Source: Rhina ancylostomus (Eukaryota). Taken from it: a stretch of DNA of 64,000 bases. Under the pieces are notes generated by a model. The model was given only the letters and a program-made list of their open reading frames with translations. It did not search any database and was not told where the DNA came from. Location: positions 21,265,069-21,329,068 of the forward strand of contig JARFYF010000012.1 of NCBI GenBank assembly GCA_030265395.1, read 5' to 3'. The position numbers and the translations under genes are program-made. This document shows, in pieces, positions 37,005-49,399 of this stretch. Numbering within the stretch: the first letter of the stretch is position 1; every line of letters starts with the position of its first letter.

Positions 37005-37125
37005 AGCAGTTCTGATGAAGGGTCTCAGACCTGAAAGATTAACTCTGTTTCTGTTTCCACAGGTTGCCTGATCTGCAGAGTGTTTCCAGCATTTTGTTTT
37101 TATTTCAGATTTCCAGCATCTGCTT
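37005..37125 (+). mobile_element. Penelope-derived terminal repeat with hammerhead-like core
   Basis: agtt-CTGATGA-agggtctcagacct-GAAA-gatt-aact...ttccagcatctgc. Confidence 0.75.
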
Positions 37126-37134
37126 CGTTCATTT

Positions 37135-37635
37135 CTGGTTGCCTCATTATAGAAAGGATATGGAAGCTTTAGCGAGGTTGGAGGAGATTTACCAAGATGC
37201 TGCCTGGATTGGAGAGCATGTTTTATGAGGATAGATTGAGAGAGCTAAGGCTTTTCTCTCTGGAGTGAAGGAGGATGAAGGTGACTTGATAGAGGTGTAC
37301 AACATGATAAGAGGCATATATCGAGTGGACAGTTATAGANNNNNNNNNNNNNNNNNNNNNNNNNNNNNNNNNNNNNNNNNNNNNNNNNNNNAGGCGATGT
37401 CAGAGCTAAGCTTTATGTTTTACACAGAGAGTGGTGGGTGTGTAGAAGTCATTGCCAGCAGAGATGGAGGAGGCAGATACATTAGGGACATTTAGGAGAC
37501 TCTTAGATAGCCACAGGAATGACAGAAAAATGGAAGGCTATGTAGGGGGAAGGGTTAGATAGATCTCAGAGTAGGATAAAATGTCCACACAACATCATGG
37601 GCCAAAGGTCCGGTGCTGTGCTGTAATGTTCTAGG
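37135..37635 (+). mobile_element. CR1 LINE 3' end
   Basis: ctggttgcctcattatagaaaggatatggaagcttta..GDLIEVYNMIRGIYRVDS..; tail atgggccaaaggtccggtgctgtgctgtaatgttcta. Confidence 0.88.
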
Positions 37636-38520
37636 CATTTTTATTGATTTTCATTTAGTTGAAGCTTGTTTGGATTCTTTTCTCAGTATTTTATAATTAG
37701 CTTGACTGTCACTCAGCTAGTAAAAGGACACACAACATTTATACAGACAGATCAGAGTGCAACAAGATTCATTTAAGTGTGGCCCATATTAAAGAGAACA
37801 AGGAAGTGACCTTGAGATTGCACTCCACAGCTGCCACTATATGTTGTGACACAGAGAACTTTCTAAAAAAACACATTGGGTTAAGGAAGGGGTCAACTGC
37901 CCACAAAACCCTGTATTCAGTGTGATGTGCATCAGATAAGTGGTGGTACATACCAGAATTGTTACTAGTGGACCAGAGCAACATAAAAAGAGCTCATTGG
38001 ATTATTCAGATCCAACTAAAACAAGAACCCTTTTAATGCCCACAAGATTGGTCAGCTTTATATCCACTGTCACTAAGTTTATTAGGAATGCCGTTCTGCT
38101 CGTGCTGCTTGCTCAAAATTATGAGGTACACTGGCCCTCAGGAAACTTGAAACTTTTTGAAATAAAAGTTGTTTACTGCTCCAAGCAGATGTTGCTGGCA
38201 ACCAGAAGTGCTGAAAGAATCTGGATTAGAGATTTTCCACACAGGAAAATTTGGCAATCATCAGAAGTTTGCATTTTAAATCCTGTTGACTTCAACCATG
38301 AGCTCAGCCATAACATGCACCAAAAGCTTCTGTGTGCCATGTGCTGGAAGTCTGAATCTCAGGACAAGTTCCTCATCCTCGACTTCACAGTGCCTCTATG
38401 TCTCTTAAGCTTTACAAATGGAATCACGTGCTGCTTTGTTCACAGGACTTGTGGTTCCAAGTTGTTCCCCAACCCTGCTCCCAGTACCTACTCCCAGGTC
38501 AAGATCAGGCAATGATTATT

Positions 38521-38695
38521 CCCCAACAATCTGCTGGAGGAATTCAGTGGGTCAAGCAGCATATGTGGGAGGAAGCCACATTTCAAATTGAAACCCTGCA
38601 TTAGTCCAGTTCCAGGTTGCTGCTCAACCTGCTGAGTTCCTCCGGCAGATTGTTTGTTGCTCCAGATTCCAGCATCTTCAGTCTCTTGTGTCTCC
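38521..38695. mobile_element. Penelope-derived inverted-repeat mini-element
   Basis: 37-bp inverted arms at 38525-38561 and 38618-38654; flanked by aatgattatt / aataattatt. Confidence 0.8.
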
Positions 38696-40059
38696 AATAA
38701 TTATTACACTATTATCCAAGTAAACATTTTGTAAAGTGCCAGGGACAATGAACAGAAATCCTGGTTGACTTAAACACCTTGAAACTACTGGAATTATACT
38801 ATACCACCACATTCTTTAACAGGCAACAGCACAACAACACTGTGAAGGTTTACATTATTTCTACGATAGACCAAATCTTGCAGGTAGATATCAGCAGTTC
38901 CATGCCATTTATCTCCCTGAATACTAGCAAGTTTGGGACTCGTGCTTCTTTGCATCCAAATGTGGAATCCCGAACCTGTTGACAGATTCCCGTTGGCACT
39001 ATCTGCCTTATGGCTCTGTCACTGGGCCTCCACATTAAGTCCAAAGCAGAACACAGATTTGATGAGATCCCCCAGTACTTAGGCTGGGAATCTGCTCACG
39101 GATCCTGTGCCAGGGAGACCTGGCGCAGAGTCCAAGAGCCCAATCATTGTCATGGAGATCTTACAGCTGTGTGGGTGATAAGGAAGGATGAGGCAAGTTA
39201 TTTGTTGAATTTTAATCTCAGCAGTATTGCTTTAATTAAAGTGTTTTTAAATCTTGCTTTAAATCTTTAAAATTACATCTTTACATGTAATTATTTATTT
39301 CATTACTTAGTAGATTTTGAAGGTGATCAAAAGCTTGACAGATTTGACAGATGGCTAATCAGAGGAGGCAAGGTTAGCAATCCGTTAAAAGTTTCCCCAG
39401 CAGTTAGTGGATAAGGCTTGTTCTGACCCACCCATGTGACCTGATTACATCACTCAAGGCCCTGTTATGGTCATGATCTTGTTGATTAGCTCCAGAATGC
39501 TCTTAACCAGCAAATCTATCCTTATGGATGTGAACCATACAAGTACAGAGCAATGAGGAATCCAAGTGGTGAACAGGAAGCAGCCCTCATTCAACACACC
39601 CAGGCTAATGTGGAACAAAATGCCATTTACTTACATCACACATTTGAAATTCCATTATTTATCAACTCGACAGGAAATCAATTAAATTTTGCATTTTATA
39701 AGACCTCTTCTTAACCATGATTTACATGGTTTTCTATCTGAAACCTTTACTGATGGCAGGGATTAGCTAGTCCAGTAAGTCTTCTTCCATTCATATGATT
39801 CAGCCTTACTGAAACAATTCCATTAATATCCCTCAACTGAGTGCCACGATTATTTGGAATACCATAGTTGCAAACCACATGAGTAAATAACTGTAACAAT
39901 GACAAAGTCTGGTTATATTTAAAATCTGTGTGTTGGTCCCAATCTTTGTCTAGTTGCTACATAAACAATAACAAGCTTCAGGAACAGATGCACCGTCCCA
40001 GCCTACAGAAGTACAGGCAGTTTCTTTTAAACTCTTAAGCATTTTGCTTGGATTACGAA

Positions 40060-40420
40060 AAGCCAGTGACCATTACTCACCATCAGCCCACTAATTTCCA
40101 CAGTTCCCTTAACAATTCTGCCTCCCGATTCCGGTCCCAGCTTTTGTTTCTTTACTTGTACCTCTAACATGCACTTTGGTCTGCATTGCCATCTCTTCTG
40201 TAACTTAATCTCCCTGACACTGCACCCTTTTACAGACCTTCCTTTTCATTTTTAACTCCAATTTCCCCCTCTTCCTTTGCAACAAAACTTTTGTTCCATC
40301 ACTAACTTTTTCTAGTTCTGATGAAGGGTCATTGAACTGAAATATTAACTTGGTTACTCTCTCTCTTTGATGCAGCCTAATCTGCTAAGTATTCCAGCAT
40401 TTTGCAGTTTTATTTAAGAC
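40060..40420 (+). mobile_element. Penelope-like element 3' region with hammerhead-like core
   Basis: Pyrimidine-rich tract, then agtt-CTGATGA-agggtcattgaact-GAAA-tatt-aact and gatgcagcctaatctgctaagtattccagcatttt. Confidence 0.7.
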
Positions 40421-40839
40421 AAGCCAGAACTGCTTCATTTTTAATCATAAATGTACGATCTTCAGAGAGAGCCAGCTGTAGGCCAAGCAGATTCTTCACT
40501 TGAGTCAAGGCCAATGCTCCATAAATGCTTCATAGCTGAATGCAGCAACAGAAGAATGTTAGTGAAGTGTATGGTATCATAAGCCTAAATCTTTATCAGG
40601 GTTTGGAGTGACACTAAGGTGACTTACATTGTCGCAAGACATAGTTCAAAGCTCATCCAGTAACACTTGTGATGCCTGAAATCAGAAATCATAAAAAACC
40701 TGTGATACTGAAAGATGTGGCTGTGCTGATTGAAAAAGAGTGGCCCCATCCTAATTCCACCTGTCAGCACTGTCGAGAGCAACCAAACCACAGCTTCACA
40801 CGTCATGATGGTTCTTACCTTTTCCACCCTCTCAGGCAC

Positions 40840-41400
40840 TCTGTGTGAAAGTTTTTTTTCCTCATCTTCCTTCTACCTATTACTTCATACTCACTGGCTT
40901 GGTTTCCTCTGTCATCTAGACCCTTCAGTTAAGTCTCCCCAAAGCCTACTTTGCTCCAAAGAAAATAATACCAGTTTATCTATTCGTTCCTCAAAGTTAC
41001 AAGTAGCCAAACCTGGTAATACCCTCACAAATCTCCTCTGCATCCTCTCCTGGGCTAAGATGTTTTTCTCAAATGAATACCCAGAACAATCATGTAGCAC
41101 TCAAGAATTTACAACTCTTGCATAATCTCCCTGCTTTTATATTCTATGCCTCATTATAAAGGAAAGCATGCGTTTGCCTTTTTAACCATCTCATTGACCA
41201 GTCCAGCCACCTTTAAGGTTCCGTGGACATTAACTCCAAGGTCCCTTTGTTCCTCCACACCATTCTCTCGCATTTCCAAATGCTTTACCTCACGTTCTCT
41301 AGATTAATTTCCATTTGTTACTTTTCTGCCCAACTGATTCCTCAACATCAACCACAGAGAATTTATTTACCACTTACAAACCTCTTTGTTATGCCCCCAT
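40840..41400 (-). mobile_element. CR1 LINE ORF2 fragment, decayed
   Basis: Minus ORF EKNILAQERMQRRFVRVLPGLATCNFEERIDKLVLFSLEQSRLWGDL. Confidence 0.8.
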
Positions 41401-44400
41401 ACTTAATTTTAAAATCCTTGGCTCAAAGCTTTTAAAATACCTCTGCAATAACATTGCTTCTACGGAGTGCATATCAGCAGAGCAAACTAGTTTGAGGTTT
41501 TAAAGTTATGCACAAAGTTAACCTCAGCCCTTAATCCTGTGATTCTGCTAAAAGGTACTGTAACAGTATGACATTCCTAAGTTCAAGTGGAATCCAAAAC
41601 GGCTGGACTCCTGATCTTCCCACTTTGAACATTTCTGATTGTATCTGGATCATTCCCAGTGGTAACAGACAAGATCAAGATAGTCCTCTGCTAGAAAAGA
41701 TATGAGCAACAGCAGCTCCTTCAGCCTAAGCTGCTTGAATACTTCACTTTGTTGCTAACTATAACGCAGCATTAGCTGAAGCTGACAGCAGACTGTCTGC
41801 CCACGCTTGTGACGTGCGACATAATAGGAGAGACACAAGTTGAAATATGCAAATAGAGAGGCGCAAGATGGAAAATGCAAATACTCACCAAGTCCCAACT
41901 GCATCAAATAGAGAAGAGATCTGAAGTAAAATAACACAAAAATGTTCTCTGGATGAGGTCAAAAACCAGAACTGATTAAGGAACAAAGAGACTCTCTTCA
42001 CAATCTTGTCTGCGGCCCGGCCATCCACGTTCTGAATTATTTCAGACCTTAGCTATCATCTATGCCAAGATGCCTTATGAATACAAAGCATTCCACATCA
42101 GAAAAAGAACAAAAATGTAAACTTCATCTTTGAACCGGAAGAACACAAAGAAACATATTTCACTGGTGTAAAAGATTGAAAGAGAAATAGTAGCATAAAA
42201 AGTGTTGGAAAACAAAGTTGATATCTTCCAAGCGCCAGTGTAATATTCCAGCCACCCCAACCCTGTGTGCATTGATATCAATAAAATAAACACACAGAAA
42301 ATGCACATTGAGTATACAATTCAAATGGTTATAATGCACTCAAAGTTATAAGCAGCATAGCACTAGGCTCAATGAGACACAAGAGAGATTAGTAGCTGTT
42401 ACTATGCTGCACACAGGTATCTTTACACAGCAGTAGCTTGACCAGCCTGATTAGCAGCTGTTGGTGCTGCTTTCCAAAAATAACAGGAGGCAGATAAATG
42501 AGGGTGGATGATACCTGCAGTAGCTTTAGTTATAGTCATAACAGTAATCTACTTTAATATTAGTGACACAAAGAGAAATTCCTGCAGTTGCTTGAAATCT
42601 GAAATATAAAATTTTGGAAAGTGCTCAGCTGGAAGGTCTATGGTGCTTAATCGTGCCTACAGAACCATAGTTCAGCATGGCTTAGACTTCAATTGTGTGT
42701 GTAGTCTAAGGCAGTGCACTGAGCGTTGGTTGCCAGTGCTTCTAACTGTCCCTTCCTCTCCTACTTTCACTGTTGAGACCATCAGTGGAGCAATGCTGAA
42801 GAGGCAGTCTGCATTAGACTGCTCATTTTTAGGCTTGAGGGCTGACATAAGGACATTGGCCCTGTCCATTAGAATAGGATCATCAACCCTGCAAAGGTCA
42901 GTATTAGAATTATTTTAGTTCTTTAATTGTCTTTTTAATGTACTTAATTACATACAATTTTTTCAAAATATTTAAATCCATTTGAAGAGGTTTTAAAATG
43001 TCTCTGACAATTAGCTTTTAAAACCTTTTATCAGTGGTGAGAGTGGAGCCTCCCCCACCTTGATAGATGTTTGCTGGGTGCACATGTCAGCTTGTCCAGC
43101 CCTCCACGTCTGGCAAACATGCCGGTGGGTCTGGCGTGTGGGTCATCAGCAAACTTGGGTAGTAGGTGCAATCTGACCCACGGCAATTACTTCTGTTTCT
43201 CTCACCACAGATGCTGTCTGACCTACTGTGTTGCCACAGTTAGTGAGGATTTTAAAAGTCTGCTGCTGGCAATTTAAAATAATCATCATAAATAATTTTG
43301 TGAAAGACTATTGTGCAATTTACATTGAATCATTACAGTGTTATAATTTAGATGTGAGAAATGCAATGCTGCAGTGCAATTTTAAACCCTCCTGAAATGG
43401 GTTGGACAAGGTGCTGAAATATTAAATCTACAATCCTACTACCAAATCACCCACATTTGGTTTTAATGGAAATAGGTCAGTGGGGACTAGCAGCCAACAT
43501 GGTCCCAAGAGCCAGGAGCATTTGGGAAATTTCAGTATTTTACCGAGGTTGTGCGCCTCACCATTTTAAACTTTTTTTTGAAACACTGGCCAGCTGAACT
43601 GTGCCAACATCAGGAAACCTGGCGAAAAAGCTGCTGTGCCCAGGAGGCAAGTGTTTTTCCACTTACCTGCCAGACCAAACTTAACTGCTTCATTGACCCA
43701 ATCTCCTCCCATGTGCTGGCCTCTAATCCTCCCTCTGCCAACCTCCCTGTCCTCTACCTTTCCCTTACCAATTCTTCCCTGGTATTAGTGCCTGCCACCT
43801 TCCCCTGCTTGTACCATCTCTCCCCCATCCACCACTTCCCTCCCCAGTTCCTTTCTCCAAGTGCTTCTCAATGTGCCTGCTACAGTCAGCAAGCAGTGAT
43901 AAGAAATAAAATGTTAATTAGATCTTGACCTACTCAATTTACTCTCACAGGAAACCATTTATCAGGACTCCTAACCACAAACCCGGCTGAGTTAGTACAC
44001 AAGTGTATTTAAGTCACATATGTAATACTGTACTACTGCTGCCCTCTGATAAAAGCATAGTCACCTTTATTAAGAGGCACCAATTACAGTTACCAAAAAA
44101 TCTTTTAGCAAACCCCTTTCTATATTTGTTTGTAAGTTTCCACAGTCATCATTACAAACTGAGAAGTATTCAAAAGTTACAGGAAAGGTCAACAGACAAT
44201 TGATTACACAACAATACTGCCTATTTCTGTTTTTTTTGTGATAAGGAGGGCTGTATCTTTCCCCGAATAATTCTCCAAGTACCTTTCACCAGTGATATCG
44301 ATGAAAAGCTCCCATTTGGTCTGTGCCTTCATGTCCTTTGTACAGCTAACACTGAGTCAATAAAATACATCAGTTGTGAAAACACAAGCCACAAAAGGTA

Positions 44401-44759
44401 TGAGCAGGTATGGTAAGGTCGACAGGCAGAAAATGGTAAAGGAACAAGTATTATTGACTGTAATAATTATTATTACTGAACATTCCATAATTCATTCCTT
44501 TATTTTGAACTTTAAATGAAACTGCTTCAAAATTTAGAAACATTTCTATCCACAGAATTTTAGCTCATTTTGACATTTCTAAGGATACCCTTCCAATTAA
44601 AGGGAATGTATGATTGCAGTGATATTATAAGCTGCAGTGAAACTACTGTAGAGACCTCCCCCACAGACTTAGTAAATAATTCTACCAAACCAGATTTACA
44701 GGGTGCAGAGCTTGATCCTTTGTTAAATGTGACAACTGAATTCCAACAATCAGCCTTAG

Positions 44760-45070
44760 TTTTATTCTCTCACAGAATCTGTGTCATTGGAAGGACCACA
44801 ATTTATTACCCATCTATAATTGCCTTTGGGAACCTTGGGAAAATGGTGCAGTGCTTGTTGTAAAAGTACTTCCATAGTGTTGTCAGATAGATCAACTTAG
44901 TAGTTTGGTTCAACTGAGTAGTCAGCTCATTTCAGAAGACAGTTTACTAAATTACAGTTGGTCTGGAGTCACATGTTGACTGTACAAGGTTATGAAGGGA
45001 AATTTCCTTTCCTAAAAGATATTATTGAACTATATGGATTTTATGACATTCCAATAGATTCCTGATCATT
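44760..45070 (-). mobile_element. SINE-like element carrying the second LINE family's 3' tail
   Basis: tttattacccatctataattgcctttg is the reverse complement of the LINE tail; it is joined to ggtctggagtcacatg..tttcctttcctaaaagatattattgaac. Confidence 0.45.
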
Positions 45071-46828
45071 AACACTGGGCCAAACCTTTTTAAATTCCAC
45101 ATTATTGATATATAAATTCTCCACATACCTGAGTAATGCAGAGGCCAGACATGCCAAGTCTCACACATTTGACGTGAGACACAGTCGCATGATATTGCAT
45201 GCTCCAATGCACCTCTGAGCCTATTTCATGCATTTTCAGGCTGGCACACATTGCAAGCACTGACTGGATAGAAGTTACAGAAGCACAACTTTTACTGTGC
45301 AATAATGGCAGGCCACAGGCCAGTCAAGGGTGCTCTATGGTTGCAGCTAGTTCCCATGAACTTTAGGCAGCTGGGAAATAATTTCTGGAGACCTTCAAGA
45401 GATCTGATAATTTTCCTTTCAGTTTGGTAAGCTTAATTCTGGCACAAATCCACACCACATTTTGTGTTCTTTTTAATTCTTACTAAACTTGTCTAAAGTC
45501 TGAGACCAGAAGAGCAACCTTAATAGTTTTAATCTGGTCTTTGTCCAGAGTTGTAGCCAAGTTTTTCCCTGAATTTTGTAACTTTAAAAAGTTGAAGTCT
45601 CTCTCTGGGGAAAGAGGGCAAAAGTTCAATATTCTTAGCTTTTTACTGCCTGGCCACCAGCCCTCGCTCAGAATACTTATCTATAATATGCCCCTATCAA
45701 CAGTGCTTGCAATGGAGTAAACAGATTGGCAGCATGGGCAAGTTATCTGGAATTAGAATCAGAGGATTTTAAATTTGTTAGTAATGATTTTCCCCTTCTA
45801 TGTGGGAGCTTACATCCATTTTAAAAAGGATTCCTTTATAGTGAGATGGCAAATAACAAGTTTTGATAGCTTGTGGAGAAGTAGATCATTTTGACTGCTG
45901 TTGTGATATTTTCCAGTTAAATGTTCATATACCATTCCAGAGTATCTACCTGATTTATCTACCCTTTCAATCAGATTGATCAAACTAACCTTCACATCTT
46001 TTAATTATATTCCCTAAAGAAACTGAGGTTTCAGCCTCCAAGGAAAAAAACAACTTACTATTGTAGTTTGAGTTATTTGGTTTTAACTAGAGTTAAAATT
46101 AATGGAAACGCTGAAGTGACTATAAAATTTATTATAAAATACAACCCTTGTTCATGAGATTCTATATGAAATGGAAATAATGTTTAAAGATTAGTGACAT
46201 AGATGTTTCTACAATGTAGTGGCAATTTTATGTAAATGCAATCTTATATTATTTTAAATCGATACCTAGAATGTAAAATCAACACCAATATTTTGTGCAT
46301 CAGTGAAATGCTGAGAGGAGAGTGGCTACTGGGATTATTGCCACATAATCATGGATGGTTTGATTTTTAGATTGATCCAACAATTCAATTATAATTTAAG
46401 TTATAAAAAACAACAAAGGCAAATACATGGCAACCTAACAAAGCGCATTAATAAAATGAGAATCAAATTAGATAATAAAATATATGTGGAATCCAAGTCT
46501 ATTACTTGGCTTTATTAGCTTCAAATTAAATTACTTTATTTTTACATTCAATTAACGTATTATTTGGTTGTACTTTGTTTATTTAATTTTAGTTTAGTTT
46601 CTATTCATTTATTTTGGTATCAATTACTTTTAGCTTGGCAAAAATGTAATATGACCAATAATGTATAAATCAAATAAGATTTGCGAAGCATTTTTCAAAC
46701 ACTTTTGATGACTATGTCAAGGTCATTTGGAAAATAAACATCATTGAATTGATAGCCATTTTTAAGCTTGTGTCAAAACATTTTTGTACATATATATCTC
46801 TTGTTCTGTTCACTGACTGTGTACCTGA

Positions 46829-47080
46829 ACTAGAGGTTATTAACTCTGGTCCTTGAGGGATCTCCAAAACCTACAGGCTATTGTTCTGATCAGCAAATAA
46901 TTGTTTTTGATAAAATCCATTTGTTTACACTCTCACTAAAGTCTATGCCATGTATGAATTAGAGCATTTAGCAACAGGGTGTTTGCAGTGTGCATATCAA
47001 AACTAACTACGATGTGTTGGTTGGATTAAAAACTTGGACCATAAAAATGTCACCATGGATCAGAGAGAGTCTGGCCTAGA
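46829..47080. mobile_element. Ancient hAT-like MITE
   Basis: Left end aactctggtccttgaggg..caggctattgttctgatcagc resembles the reverse complement of the right end (ctctgatccatggtg..caagtttttaatccaaccaac) and recalled fish hAT-N MITE termini. Confidence 0.45.
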
Positions 47081-49399
47081 TATTTCCCTGTGCAACACTC
47101 AGGACATTGGTGTTGTACAGTGAAAAAAAAAATCAGGCCAATGCAGCACTAACCTGTTTTATTCACACTTCTAAGTGAGTTAGTGGCTGTGGTTAATGAA
47201 GGTATAGATTTTCCAATGCAAAAATGTTTGTATGCCTAGCATGATTTCTGATGACTAGCATACCTAAACAACAACAACACTTGTGCAATGCTCAGAATCA
47301 GTTTCTGGCCAAATTTTTAACCATATTGGTCTAAATCATAGCACAGTTCTCTCACAGAAGAACCAGCTTCTTAATAATGATTAAAAAACATTCAGTTTTG
47401 GCTTCAAAGTCTCAGGCATATCTCTCCAGCTTGATGGCAGACTGCTGCATGACTCTCTGCCAAAGAAGCTTCAACTAGGCTGACCCAAACTGGGATCTCT
47501 GTCACCACAGCGTCAGCTGCTTTCGGCAGGTTCTTCTCAAATGTAAGTATCCAAGAATGCCAGAAAAAAATCCAAAGACAAACTGTTTGATGTTCATTCA
47601 AACAAAAATAGAATTAAAACTGGAGAAAGACATCTGACAAATGGCACTAAAAGGATGTTGCCAAGGAGGTGTCTGTCAGAGCATGATAGCCCACTATACA
47701 TGCTTGCAGCCAAATGCCCCTTTTGGGTGTGAATGCAAAAGTAACATTTACCAGAGAGAAAGGTTTCCCATTTTATCACAGTTTTTCTTGACTTCCGCAA
47801 TACAGCGGTAAGTGGCAGATGTGGCATTTCTCAGCAGAGAAACGTGCAAAGATCCCCAGGCAAGGTCTCTGAGGCTGAGGGTGACTTTGAGTTTAAGAAC
47901 AGTGAAGGCATGTGCTTATTCACTGTTTGTGGTCTGCCAGCTATTTCCTGATAGAACTGTGCAGAAAGGTGGTACTAACTCCCTATGTCCTGAAATATCA
48001 CGAGGAAACTTGCTGGTGCCGTCTGGAGCTGACACTAATGAATTTCTTAAAACTTTTTAGAAACTACTTTAAGGAAGACTGCTCGTGAATTTTAATGCAA
48101 GAAAAACAGCAGAAGCAAAGGTCTAGGTCTCCAAATCTTAAATAAAGACATAAGTAGCACAATACCTGAAAAGTTTCGCTCATTGCCTGTGAGGGCAGCC
48201 AACTTTTGGCATCTCTGGGGAGAAGACTCAAATTTCCCTGCAACACCTTTCAAAGTTCCCACAGTTAATTAGCCTCCAACACTAACACGAAAGAACAGAT
48301 GGAACACTACCATGTCCTGCTTCCCTTATAAAGGGACACAAGCAAAAGCCAGGAAGGAGAGTTACATCACTGACTTTCCCGATTTCTGACCTGAAATACT
48401 AAAGTAGTAAACATTAGTTTGTGAGTAACACTATGAAAGAGATTTGCTGTAAATACTCAGCAGGTCAGGAAGAATCTGTAGAGAAAAAAAATCCAGGTTA
48501 ACATATAAACTAATGATCAGATAATGATTTTGCTGTTCCCATTTACATCTCCTCTGGACCAACATCTGTAGTTCTCTTGTGTCCCATCTTTGGTTCCTTC
48601 ACTTATCCCATTGTCAACCTCCTTTGCTTACTTCATCTTTGTTTTCATCACTTCATCTTTCCTTCCTTCCATCCTCATGAACAAATCCTTCCATTCTTTC
48701 CTCATCTCCATTTATTTCTGCAGAGAAAGATTTCTTCCAAACTTCGAGCAGTCTCTCCCCACCTGCATCTGCACCTCCTTGAATATTATCTACCACTTTC
48801 AGAGTTCCAAATTTTCTGGGACTCACTGTTTCCTTTTTACCAGACACCCAATTACTTCATGCCCTCGTCTTATACTAAGAAAGCTTGAGAGCCCTTTACT
48901 TTTCCTTTGAACCAAGTTCCACTGGTCCCCATCTACCAAGACTGTCCTCCCATTGGCTAACTTTGCATTTGGGTTGGACAAGTTCTTCTTTTATTTCCAA
49001 TCTCTGGACCCTTTAAGTTAAAAGTTGGTATCATTATGCAAGTGTAGTTGTGCCATCCTTGTTGTCAAATACACGCATATCCTTTGTTTCAATCCTATTC
49101 TGACCCCCGGATCCTTCACATTTACACTNNNNNNNNNNNNNNNNNCAATCTTGCTTCTTATTTCCAATGCTCTCACCTTCAGTCCACTTCTGATAGTTTT
49201 GCTACTCAATCTTCTTCTTCCTGGAATTCCCAATCTCCATTCTTGATCCATTCTGTGATTTTGCAGATTTTTTCTTTTTACGGGAGGAAGAATTTTTGTA
49301 ATTTTTTTCCTTTTATCTTTAATCTAATAATTTGGACACCTTTTCTCCAGTTGTGCAAATAAAACCATAAGGCAACTCCAGCAGCAGCAAGGAGGAGCA

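Noticed and set aside
37940-38515. 191-aa ORF on the + strand
   Set aside because: Non-ATG start, no recognisable domain, no splice context; consistent with a chance ORF antisense in an intron.
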